Virus record (IMG/VR): IMGVR_UViG_3300046665_000384
Coordinates: 1 to 64,000 of that record
Strand: one strand, 5' to 3'
DNA: 64,000 bases
From: a virus
The translations under genes and the position numbers were made by a program. Below the pieces are notes generated by a model. It worked only from the letters and a program-made list of their open reading frames with translations. It made no database searches and had not been told where the DNA came from. Below are positions 38,055 through 46,068 of this stretch, piece after piece. Numbering within the stretch: the stretch's first letter is position 1; each line of letters opens with the position of its first letter.

Positions 38055-38443
38055 TTCACACCCCCGAGCGCATCCGGCAGCGCCGCGTCCAGATGCTCGT
38101 GCACTCGTACCTGTACTACCAGCTCGATGCGCCTATCGTGTCGGACGACACATGGCAGCGCTGGGCCGATGAGCTGAGCGCGCTCCAGCGCGAGCACCCG
38201 GCCCGCATCCGGTTCTACGATGCCGAGTTCGCCGACTGGGACGGGTCTACTGGGATGCACCTGCCGCGCGACGAATGGGTGCGCCAGAACGCGCTACGGC
38301 TGCGCGCAATCCACGAGCGCGGACATGCACGCCCCGAGCCGGAGAAAACGCCGCCAGCGCCCGATACGCGCCCGCCAGCCCTATTCGACGCGCCGCCGAA
38401 GAAAGCACCAGCGGCCCCGCCGCCGCAAATGTCGCTGTTCTGA
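38051..38443 (+). CDS. Stand-alone LigA domain-Ia-like protein
   Basis: HSYLYYQLDAPIVSDDTW...ELSALQREHP; no KxDG adenylation motif. Confidence 0.7.
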   Translation: MIHTPERIRQRRVQMLVHSYLYYQLDAPIVSDDTWQRWADELSALQREHPARIRFYDAEFADWDGSTGMHLPRDEWVRQNALRLRAIHERGHARPEPEKTPPAPDTRPPALFDAPPKKAPAAPPPQMSLF

Positions 38444-38453
38444 CCGCAGGACG

Positions 38454-38487
38454 AAAAAAAGCCCCGACTCACGGGGCTTTTTGTTTT
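38454..38487. terminator. Bidirectional intrinsic terminator
   Basis: A7-GCCCCG-loop-CGGGGC-T5 between convergent genes. Confidence 0.85.
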
Positions 38488-38497
38488 GCCGGGGGCG

Positions 38498-38893
38498 TCA
38501 GTTCCAGCCGACCGGGCAGGAAATGCTCAGGGTCTCGGGACACAATCGCTCGTGCGCATTGGAGACGGGGACGTGCGAAGCGCTCATCAGGGCCGCGTAG
38601 CCCGGCAGGGCGATCACCGAGGCCATCAACATCACCGCGACAGGACTTCGTTCGATGGGCACGGCGGGCTTGACCATGCCGGCGGCCAGCTGGGCGCGCT
38701 CGACTGCCGCGACGGCCACGACCGGGGCGGTGACAATCGCATCATTGGCGACGACCGAGACGGCGGCCTGCTCGATGCGCGGCGGGCTGGTACCGGGCGA
38801 AGCCGGGACGACCTGTGCGCACACGCTGGCGGCGAAGCCCATCAGTGCGACGGCGGCCAGCGTGACGAGCATGCGGGATCGGGATTTCAGCAT
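38498..38893 (-). CDS. Putative exported protein
   Basis: Signal-peptide-like N-terminus; AAGGAG RBS. Confidence 0.55.
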   Translation of the reverse strand: MLKSRSRMLVTLAAVALMGFAASVCAQVVPASPGTSPPRIEQAAVSVVANDAIVTAPVVAVAAVERAQLAAGMVKPAVPIERSPVAVMLMASVIALPGYAALMSASHVPVSNAHERLCPETLSISCPVGWN

Positions 38894-38929
38894 CTTGACT
38901 CCTTGGGTTGAGGTTGGACTACGAAGGGA

Positions 38930-39220
38930 TTACGCGGTCACACGGACGGCGTGGGTTGCCGAGCAGCTGATCGACGAGGTGCTGATGACCGGCGAATCAG
39001 CCGGGCCGGACCAGCTCAGGTAGCCGCTGCACGACACGGAAACGTTCTTGGTGTCGTCGTCCGCCAACAGGTCGACGACGGCATTGACGTTGGCCAGCAC
39101 GGCGTCGCGGTCGCGCGCATGCATCGGCTGGTGCGCGAGGACGATTTCATCGAATTTGGCGGCGGCGGCCGCTTTGACTCCGGCCTTATCTGCTGCTGCG
39201 ACGGTGAACGAAAAGCTCAT
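38930..39220 (-). CDS. Hypothetical protein
   Basis: GAAGGA RBS. Confidence 0.65.
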   Translation of the reverse strand: MSFSFTVAAADKAGVKAAAAAKFDEIVLAHQPMHARDRDAVLANVNAVVDLLADDDTKNVSVSCSGYLSWSGPADSPVISTSSISCSATHAVRVTA

Positions 39221-39258
39221 GGGGTTCCTTCAGGTGGGTTGAACTGCGGAGAAGCCGG

Positions 39259-39405
39259 TTACGAGTGGAGCGACAGCCAAAGCCAGAGAAATCGGCACAG
39301 GGCGTCCGAGAAGGCCCAGCCGATGGGCAGCGCGCACGCGACGAGGAGGGCGAGCCCGGCGGCGCTGATGCGTTGTCCGCCTGCACGGCGAAGTCGCATC
39401 TTCAT
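39259..39405 (-). CDS. 48-aa membrane peptide
   Basis: GAGGGA RBS; basic N-terminus plus hydrophobic segment. Confidence 0.4.
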   Translation of the reverse strand: MKMRLRRAGGQRISAAGLALLVACALPIGWAFSDALCRFLWLWLSLHS

Positions 39406-39412
39406 TCCCTCA

Positions 39413-39428
39413 TTTCGTGAGCGCATAC
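39413..39428 (+). promoter_or_regulatory. Promoter-less operator copy TTTCGTGAGCGCATAC next to the dif-like site
   Basis: 15/16 match to the operator; no TTGAC at the expected -35 position. Confidence 0.75.
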
Positions 39429-39429
39429 G

Positions 39430-39457
39430 ATTTGACATAAGATAGATTATGCGAATC
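39430..39457 (-). other. dif-like XerC/XerD recombination site GATTCGCATAA-TCTATC-TTATGTCAAAT
   Basis: 11-6-11 layout; XerD arm 10/11 and XerC arm 8/11 identical to E. coli dif. Confidence 0.85.
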
Positions 39458-39473
39458 TAAGTCATTGATTTTA
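39458..39473 (-). promoter_or_regulatory. IHF consensus site (AATCAATGACTTA)
   Basis: Matches WATCAANNNNTTR with an AT-rich flank; directly adjoins the XerC arm. Confidence 0.65.
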
Positions 39474-39624
39474 AAGGACTTTTAATCGACAATACATTTT
39501 CTATTGTCGAGTCCGGTTGTTGCGCGAATCCGGCCCGAGAACGTCCCGGAAAACGGTCCCAGAGTGCCTAGCGGTGATCTGCCCAGCTTCGCGCCCGGTA
39601 TGGTCGCCACACACTACGGGGATG

Positions 39625-39666
39625 ACTGTACGGCTGGCCCCGGCACGCGCCCGGCGGCGTTTTCCT
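39625..39666 (-). promoter_or_regulatory. Late-type promoter F (AGGAAAA-N29-TACAGT)
   Basis: Conserved motif and spacing; points through the dif-like site. Confidence 0.7.
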
Positions 39667-39685
39667 AACCGCGCGGCGCTTTCTC

Positions 39686-39715
39686 TTGACAGTTAGTTTC
39701 GTGATCGCATACATT
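39686..39715 (+). promoter_or_regulatory. Sigma70 promoter TTGACA-N18-TACATT with operator TTTCGTGATCGCATAC
   Basis: Operator family member. Confidence 0.8.
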
Positions 39716-39758
39716 ATGCGCAGTTAAGCGCGAGACGCGGCATTACACGGAGAATTTG

Positions 39759-39968
39759 ATGGACAAGAGCAGGATCAGGGTCGCGAGAAACACCTACGGC
39801 AATTACGTGGGCTTCATCGGCTCGAAGGCGGCCGAGCAGTTCGGCGAGGACGAGTTCCGCGCAACGCAATGGCTGAGCGACCGTCTCAACGAGGGCGGAT
39901 TCGTCCTGTCGGCGAAAAGCGATGTGACCATGCGCGATGTCGAGCGCCACCGCGCGAACGTCGCATGA
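39759..39968 (+). CDS. Hypothetical protein
   Basis: GGAG RBS. Confidence 0.65.
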   Translation: MDKSRIRVARNTYGNYVGFIGSKAAEQFGEDEFRATQWLSDRLNEGGFVLSAKSDVTMRDVERHRANVA

Positions 39969-40276
39969 CGAAGGCCCCTAGCACCATGCTGCTGAACCTC
40001 AGTTCCCTCATGCTCCGCCTGCTGGCGCAGCACGCACCCCTCGGCAGCTTGCTTGCGAAGATCGGCATGCAGCTGCGCCACCGCCACGACGCCGCCAGCG
40101 GGGTCCAGATCATGGCCGACGACAGCGACGCCGCGTGCATCGCCCGGTGCGCGCTGGATCGGTTCGAGGCACTGGGCCACGCCATTGCCGCCGCCGAGAC
40201 TGACGCGGACAAGGAACCGCTGTTCATCGAGTACCACGCGTGGCGCGCGCTCGTGCGCCAGCTGCCGCCGGCTTGA
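39965..40276 (+). CDS. Hypothetical protein
   Basis: ATGA coupling. Confidence 0.55.
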   Translation: MTKAPSTMLLNLSSLMLRLLAQHAPLGSLLAKIGMQLRHRHDAASGVQIMADDSDAACIARCALDRFEALGHAIAAAETDADKEPLFIEYHAWRALVRQLPPA

Positions 40277-40308
40277 GCGCCCGCCGGGTCCGTGCTAAAG
40301 TACCCGGC

Positions 40309-40634
40309 AACCACACGGCTGGCATCTACCGAGGAGCGAGAACACACACAGGTAATGCTGGTGCAGTGCGCGGGCGGATAGGTGGGGTAGTCGCCAGCCG
40401 TGTGGTGATCCACGAAGAAGCGGGAGAAAGACGGCCCTTGAATCCCTCGACAAACAATAGCAGCAGTAAGTGGGCCTAGCCGGGGTGGGACCGGCAAGTA
40501 ATAAGCCACTTCGCATGAAGGCTGAGCAGGCTACGAGTTAGCGCTTGCTGTCGGTAGTGGCCGGTTCGATCCCGGCAGCCGCGAAGATTGGAAACCGTCC
40601 GTAAGCCCCGGCCCCGCGCCGGGGCTTTTGTTTT
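40309..40634 (+). ncRNA. Candidate structured ncRNA with tRNA-like T-arm
   Basis: Promoter TTGAGC-N17-TAAAGT (40273-40301); 14-bp closing stem; GCCGG-TTCGATC-CCGGC; terminator at 40603-40634; no credible ORF. Confidence 0.6.
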
Positions 40635-40763
40635 CGTCCTGCGAATTCCACAGGGCGGCCGAAATCGACCGCTTGCGGCCGCCCTCGCCGGCCATGTCCA
40701 AAACCATGCCTTTCCAGTTTTGGATGCGCCCCAACTTTCGCACACCGATATTGCACAAATTGC

Positions 40764-40792
40764 TTGACAGCAGTTTTGTGAGCGCATACATT
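40764..40792 (+). promoter_or_regulatory. Sigma70 promoter TTGACA-N17-TACATT with operator TTTTGTGAGCGCATAC
   Basis: Exact operator copy. Confidence 0.85.
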
Positions 40793-40840
40793 TATACCTA
40801 TACGGCGCAAAGGCGTCGCAACTTTTGGAGAACAGATCAA

Positions 40841-41104
40841 ATGGCCGCGAATACCGAACTGACGAAATCGCAACAGGCTGTGATCGATGCCATGAACGAT
40901 GGCGCAAGGCTTGCCGTTGATCCGATTACGGGCGCACACCTGATCCGCTCATCCGAGCTGGCTAAAAAGCATGGCGTAGCACCAATGGAGCGGGTAAGCA
41001 TCAAGACGTTCGACGCCTTGCGCAGCAAGCGTGCCATCAAGCGCCCGATCAAAGGCGGCACGGAGTTCACTTTCAACGGCTACGGAGATTTCATCGTCGC
41101 CTGA
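40841..41104 (+). CDS. Hypothetical protein
   Basis: GGAG RBS. Confidence 0.65.
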   Translation: MAANTELTKSQQAVIDAMNDGARLAVDPITGAHLIRSSELAKKHGVAPMERVSIKTFDALRSKRAIKRPIKGGTEFTFNGYGDFIVA

Positions 41105-41194
41105 ACATTAGCCCACCAAGTACCAGTCCACGGCCGCCACGAGCGGCCTTTGCCAGTAGAAGCGGCGCGCAGCGCTGCACAACGGAGAAACCCG

Positions 41195-41374
41195 ATGGCT
41201 ACCCCAGAATCACAACTGATTGCCGCGCTAGAGCGCATCCGCGCCGGCCGCGTTGCACCGAACATGACTGACCGCCTGAGCGACACCGAAATGGCGCGCA
41301 TTGCACACGAGGCCCTGACCGCTGCCGGCGTCGGGGCGAAGATCACCCCAGAAGCCCTGATGATCCTGAAGTGA
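41195..41374 (+). CDS. Small hypothetical protein
   Basis: GGAG RBS. Confidence 0.6.
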   Translation: MATPESQLIAALERIRAGRVAPNMTDRLSDTEMARIAHEALTAAGVGAKITPEALMILK

Positions 41375-41934
41375 TCAATATGAAGTGCGCGATCCTTTTC
41401 CCGCATCACTGCTTGGGCGATCCGCGCGACGCGGAGGGATGCCGCCTGCCGAACAACCACGCCGGGCCGCATGAATTCGTCGCCGCCGATGGCCGCGTGA
41501 TGCAGTGGGAAACCGATTTGGAATGCTCCTGCGAACACTGCATGGAAGGCTACGGCGACTACTGCACCACGTACTGGCCGAAAGTGCGCGTGTTCGCGTT
41601 CTGCCGCTCGATGCCGGGCGAGCCCTCGATGCGCACGCAGCTGGAGGCCATTCAGGCGGCCATCGGTACCGACGTCGACGCCGACTGCATCATTGAAGAC
41701 GGCTCGCCGGCCCTCTCGCCGCCATCCAAGCGCCCGGCGCTGCGCCAGCTGCTGGAGACCGCCGCGCGCGGGGATCGCGTCATCGTCGCGGCGTCCCGGC
41801 TGCTGGCCCTGACCCGCGCGGAGGTGCGCGCCGTCATCAAGCAATTCGACCGCGCAGGCGTTCAGGTGTCGTCGCTGGACGATGGCGACCTGAACGGCCT
41901 ACGCCCCAATGGAGATTTTCAAGGAACCCTATGA
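41371..41934 (+). CDS. Cys/His-rich domain fused to a degenerate serine-recombinase catalytic domain
   Basis: VFAFCRS...RPALRQLLE...GDRVIV...VQVSSL; lacks RVS and LDRLGR. Confidence 0.6.
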   Translation: MINMKCAILFPHHCLGDPRDAEGCRLPNNHAGPHEFVAADGRVMQWETDLECSCEHCMEGYGDYCTTYWPKVRVFAFCRSMPGEPSMRTQLEAIQAAIGTDVDADCIIEDGSPALSPPSKRPALRQLLETAARGDRVIVAASRLLALTRAEVRAVIKQFDRAGVQVSSLDDGDLNGLRPNGDFQGTL

Positions 41935-42425
41935 CGACCAAGTCGAAGAACCTCACCGACGATAATCAACCAGAAACCGCGCAAGACGCACAGCGCGACC
42001 TGACGCACATCGCCGCCTACCTGCGCGAGACCAGCGCACCTCAAACGCTGGTCAACCGCCTGATGGCCGTGAGCCAGTTCATCAAGACAAACAGCACTGC
42101 GCCCGCGTCGACAGCCGAGCTGGCCGCCGCCCAGCGCCACACCTACGCCAGCATCGCGAACAGCATGACCGGCAAGCACCGCGACGAAAAGCACACCGAA
42201 TACGTCACGCTGGCGGATGCCGAGGCGGCCGTGCGCGCGGCCTCGGATCGAAAATCCGTGCTGCTGAAGGCCGCCTATGACCTGCTGGCGAAGCAACGCG
42301 ACTCCGGGTACGTGCTGAACCTGCTGCAAGAAACGGCCTTCTACGATGATGCGGACTGCGATGGCTACTGCCTCATGGAAGAAATCGCGGACGAGCTGGG
42401 CATCGACACGGATGCGCAAGCATGA
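41931..42425 (+). CDS. Hypothetical protein
   Basis: RBS and coupling. Confidence 0.65.
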   Translation: MTTKSKNLTDDNQPETAQDAQRDLTHIAAYLRETSAPQTLVNRLMAVSQFIKTNSTAPASTAELAAAQRHTYASIANSMTGKHRDEKHTEYVTLADAEAAVRAASDRKSVLLKAAYDLLAKQRDSGYVLNLLQETAFYDDADCDGYCLMEEIADELGIDTDAQA

Positions 42426-42970
42426 GCGCCGTCAGCGAAGCGCTGATGCGCCGCATCGGCAAGATTAAAGCGCTGGCCGAGCGTGGCGTGGATGGCGAAC
42501 AGGCCGCTGCACAGGCGATGCTGGAAAACATCCTGTCGCGCCACAATCTGACGATGGCCGACATCGAGGACACCGCGCCGGTTCGTAGCTGGGTCGAGGT
42601 GAAGTTTTCAGGCGAGCATGAGCGCACACTCATGGGCCAGATTGTGCGCAAGGTGACACAGCAGAACGACCTCTACATTAAGCGCCAAAAGGGCACGCGA
42701 GCCCGCTACTACGTCGAGCTGTCGCCGGCCGAGCATGTCGAGGTCGAATTCTTGTTCGAGGTGATGCGCCGCGCGCTTGCCGATGAATTCGACAAAGTGC
42801 TGTCCGCCTTCATCTACCGCAATGACCTCTTTGGCCCCAGTGCCGAGAGCGACGAAGACGAGGAGCACCCGGCCGCGCGGACGCCTGAGCAGGTCGCCCG
42901 CTCGCGCCAGATTGCGGCGATGGCGATGCACATGAGCCCTGTCAACGTACGGAAAGCAATCGAATCATGA
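42422..42970 (+). CDS. DUF2786-like protein
   Basis: [34 protein letters not shown]. Confidence 0.65.
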   Translation: MSAVSEALMRRIGKIKALAERGVDGEQAAAQAMLENILSRHNLTMADIEDTAPVRSWVEVKFSGEHERTLMGQIVRKVTQQNDLYIKRQKGTRARYYVELSPAEHVEVEFLFEVMRRALADEFDKVLSAFIYRNDLFGPSAESDEDEEHPAARTPEQVARSRQIAAMAMHMSPVNVRKAIES

Positions 42971-43182
42971 GCATCGTCTATTCCGCCGATGTGTTCTGCG
43001 ACGGCGAATGCGCCGGCCTCTGGACGCACGGGGCCACCGGATCGGCGGCCCCGACGAAGACCGAAGCACGCGCGAACGCCGCCCACTCGGGCTATGTCCA
43101 CCACAAAGGCAAGGACTACTGCCCGGCATGCTGGAAAGCGCTCGCCGCCAAACAAAACGAACCCGAGGAGGCCCACCAGTGA
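42967..43182 (+). CDS. Small zinc-finger protein
   Basis: CDGEC...DYCPAC. Confidence 0.65.
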   Translation: MSIVYSADVFCDGECAGLWTHGATGSAAPTKTEARANAAHSGYVHHKGKDYCPACWKALAAKQNEPEEAHQ

Positions 43183-43772
43183 GCCGTGTTTTTGCCTACT
43201 GCCGCGTGTCGACGACGGACCAGACCACCGACAACCAGCGCGCGGAAATCGTCACCGCTGGGTACGCCATCGAGCCCCAGCGCGTCATCACGGAGACGAT
43301 CAGCGGCTCCGTTGCGGCGAAGTCGCGCCCCGGCTTCAAAAAGCTGCTGGACCGGCTGGAGCGCGACGACGTGCTGATCGTGACGAAGCTGGACCGCCTC
43401 GGGCGCAACGCGTTCGACGTGCGCGGGACAGTGGAACACCTCGCCAGCATCGGCGTGCGCGTGCACTGCCTCGCGCTGGGCGGCATCGACCTCACCAGTG
43501 CGGCCGGCAGGATGACCATGCAAGTGATCGCCGCCGTCGCCGAGTTCGAGCGCGACCTGCTCATCGAGCGCACGAATGCTGGCCTACGCACGGCGGTCGC
43601 GAAAGGAAAGCGCCTCGGCAGGCCACCCGCCCTGAACGAAGAAGACCGGGAACAGGCCCTCGCGCTGCTGGCGGTTGGCGTGCCCGTGTCCGAGGTGGCG
43701 CGCGACCTCGGCACCTCCCGCGCGACCATCATCCGCGTGCGCGACGCCGCACAGGAAGCAGCCCCGGCGTGA
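43179..43772 (+). CDS. Small serine recombinase (resolvase/invertase, Pin-like) with C-terminal HTH
   Basis: YCRVSTTDQ...RPG...[13 protein letters not shown]...[12 protein letters not shown]...GRP; GTG start with GAGGAGG RBS. Confidence 0.95.
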   Translation: MSRVFAYCRVSTTDQTTDNQRAEIVTAGYAIEPQRVITETISGSVAAKSRPGFKKLLDRLERDDVLIVTKLDRLGRNAFDVRGTVEHLASIGVRVHCLALGGIDLTSAAGRMTMQVIAAVAEFERDLLIERTNAGLRTAVAKGKRLGRPPALNEEDREQALALLAVGVPVSEVARDLGTSRATIIRVRDAAQEAAPA

Positions 43773-43796
43773 TTGCCGGCGCAGCACCAGACCGAG

Positions 43797-43819
43797 GCCC
43801 GGCACGTCCGGGCTTTTTT
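43797..43819 (+). terminator. Intrinsic terminator
   Basis: GCCCGG-loop-CCGGGC-T6. Confidence 0.8.
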
Positions 43820-43847
43820 CGTGTCACGTCACAGAAATAAAAGATTC

Positions 43848-43877
43848 TTGACAGCTCTATTTGTGATCGCATACATT
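43848..43877 (+). promoter_or_regulatory. Sigma70 promoter TTGACA-N18-TACATT with operator ATTTGTGATCGCATAC
   Basis: Operator family member. Confidence 0.8.
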
Positions 43878-43927
43878 AATGCACATTGCGGCGCACTGGG
43901 CGCGGCGAATACTGAAAGGGCAGGATC

Positions 43928-44050
43928 ATGAGCAAAAAGCAGTTCGCAAAACTGGCTGCAAAATTCGGAGGCTGGATGGAGGGCGACGTAGCGCGCTTCC
44001 CGACTGTATGGGCAAAGCAGGAATTTGAGAAGGCACTTGCTGCCGCCTAA
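43928..44050 (+). CDS. 40-aa peptide (MSKKQFAKLAAKFGGW...)
   Basis: First ORF after the promoter; repeated leader and trailer. Confidence 0.6.
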   Translation: MSKKQFAKLAAKFGGWMEGDVARFPTVWAKQEFEKALAAA

Positions 44051-44097
44051 ACACCAACCCGCGCCCGCTTCGGTGGGCGCGCTTTTAGGAGCCGAGA

Positions 44098-44337
44098 ATG
44101 CCCCTCCTCAATGCCCTCGATGTCCGCCTTACGCGCGACCGCTTCGACGATCCGCTCGTCATCATCGACACTCCCCTCGGGAATGGCATGGCCGCCTCGC
44201 CGGCCCAGTTGCGCGAACTGGCGCGTACGTTCCTGCTGGTGGCGACCGCCGCCGAGGCGTACCCGACGAAGACGAAGCACTTCACCGATGCGCCGCGCAC
44301 GTTCCCAATGAACATGTACCCGGACGCGCGGAAGTAG
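44098..44337 (+). CDS. Hypothetical protein
   Basis: AGGAG RBS. Confidence 0.65.
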   Translation: MPLLNALDVRLTRDRFDDPLVIIDTPLGNGMAASPAQLRELARTFLLVATAAEAYPTKTKHFTDAPRTFPMNMYPDARK

Positions 44338-44432
44338 ACCCGCTCGCCCAGCAGCGCCCATGCCCGCCACGAGCGGGCTTTGTCCATAGAAGGCTGCGCA
44401 CCGGGCGCGGCCACGATTTGAAGGAGCCCCAC

Positions 44433-44705
44433 ATGAGCACCACCCCCGCGCGCGAGGCCAACGCGTGCGTCCTGCACGAGCGCCCCGGAGTGCAGACCGT
44501 GTGGCTGGTCGAAGTGCCCATTACGTCCGCTGCAACGAAGATGTATCAGGCGACGACCTACCCGCATAGCGCGCTGATCTTCCTGCAAGGCGAGCGTGGG
44601 CGCACGATCCCGCCCGGCGTTGCAACGCGGCTGCTGCCCACGGTGCGCGCCGCCATCGAGCGCGCCAAAGACAACCACACAACCGAAGAAAGCAAGCCCA
44701 GATGA
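44433..44705 (+). CDS. Hypothetical protein
   Basis: AAGGAG RBS. Confidence 0.65.
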   Translation: MSTTPAREANACVLHERPGVQTVWLVEVPITSAATKMYQATTYPHSALIFLQGERGRTIPPGVATRLLPTVRAAIERAKDNHTTEESKPR

Positions 44706-44965
44706 GAGTCGATGAGAAGTTCAATAAGCGCACGGCCAATCAGGTCGAGGTCGTCGCGCCGGTCGTTCAACATGGCCCGAAGTACGATCTAGGCGTTCGT
44801 GTCACCCTTTACGCGACCCACGACAGCGATAAAGGCCAGCTCGGAATCAACATGACGGCCTACGAGGCGCTGGAATGGGCGCAGAAACTGACGGGCGCGG
44901 CCATCCAGCAACTGAAGTACGAAGCCGAGCGCGCGGAAGCCCTGCGCACGCGCCCCGCTGCATAA
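44702..44965 (+). CDS. Hypothetical protein
   Basis: ATGA coupling. Confidence 0.65.
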   Translation: MRVDEKFNKRTANQVEVVAPVVQHGPKYDLGVRVTLYATHDSDKGQLGINMTAYEALEWAQKLTGAAIQQLKYEAERAEALRTRPAA

Positions 44966-44985
44966 CCCAACACTGGAGAACCACA

Positions 44986-45306
44986 ATGCCACGACATCAA
45001 GCAAGCGAAGAAAGTTTGAAACAGGGTATCGCCGAAATACGCAAGCTGGCCGAAGCGCACGAGTCCCGCGTAGCGAAGGCGGCCAAGCTGGAGCAGCTGG
45101 CCCCGCTGGGGTTCCGGGACGCCGAGGATGGGGAAGCACCGGACGCCCTCTGGCACCCGGTGCTCGGCCCAATCAACCACGGCAGCGTCAGACTGGAGAA
45201 CGTGCTGGACCTCGTGTACGCCGCCGGCATGAAGCGCGGCGCGGACGACCTGCGAGCCCATCTCCGCGCTCTGCTCGACGTTCCGCAAGCGCCCCGGCCG
45301 GAGTGA
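44986..45306 (+). CDS. Hypothetical protein
   Basis: GGAG RBS; followed by a terminator. Confidence 0.65.
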   Translation: MPRHQASEESLKQGIAEIRKLAEAHESRVAKAAKLEQLAPLGFRDAEDGEAPDALWHPVLGPINHGSVRLENVLDLVYAAGMKRGADDLRAHLRALLDVPQAPRPE

Positions 45307-45326
45307 CCTTCCTCCAGCGCACGAGA

Positions 45327-45349
45327 GCCCGCCCAGCGGGCTTTTTTTT
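45327..45349 (+). terminator. Intrinsic terminator
   Basis: GCCCGC-CCA-GCGGGC-T8. Confidence 0.85.
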
Positions 45350-46068
45350 CGTCTACCCCAAAAGCAAAAAGCCCGACTATCTCTCGACAATCAGGCTTTC
45401 AACCGGCCGCACGGGACGACCTCACGGGCTACGCCCAAGCGAATTACACCGCCCTGCGCGCATTGCGCGAGCGTGCCGGGCCTTGCGGCTGACCGGTAAG
45501 CACGCGCGGCGCTGCCGGTGGCACTGGGATGCGCTGGAACTGGCGCACATCGTACCCGGCAAGACTGAGCCCGTCGCGCTCAAACCGGGCAACGTCGGCG
45601 GGATGCACCAGCAGCACTGGCAAACTCGTTTTCTCCATCATTTCTCCTGTTTTTTCGTCCAAAATCATTGTGCGGAATCATTCCCCTGTACGAAAGTCGT
45701 TTCACTAGGTTCTGGACAGCCTGTCGGGCAGATGTCCGCAAGCGAACGATTCCGGTCGCGCTACCGCCCGCGCTTGGTCCGCAGCTCGCGCGCACGCCGG
45801 CCGCTGCGCTGGGCACCCTGAACCGGCCAACTTGACCGTTTTGGCAAGTTCGCGACGTACGCACGCACCGGGTCAGGCCAGCGCTCCACGCGCGGCAGTG
45901 GGTCCAGACGAAACAAGCGCTCCGCATCGGCCAGCAGAGCCTCGAAATCGGGCGCAGGAGGCGCGATCTGCGTCGCGGACGAATCAAGAGCCACGGACAC
46001 GCCAAGACCGCCCAAAACGCGCGCCAGCGCTTCCCCGAGGCCAGCGCCGCCACACACCAGCACGACCC

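Noticed and set aside
40510-40586. Canonical tRNA gene
   Set aside because: A T-arm is present but there is no proper D-arm, 7-nt anticodon loop or 7-bp acceptor stem; kept only as part of the ncRNA candidate.
43179-43772. Serine recombinase as a Cin-type tail-fibre switch
   Set aside because: It is about 21 kb from the fibre genes, which are all full-length and co-oriented; I saw no cix/gix-like inverted sites.
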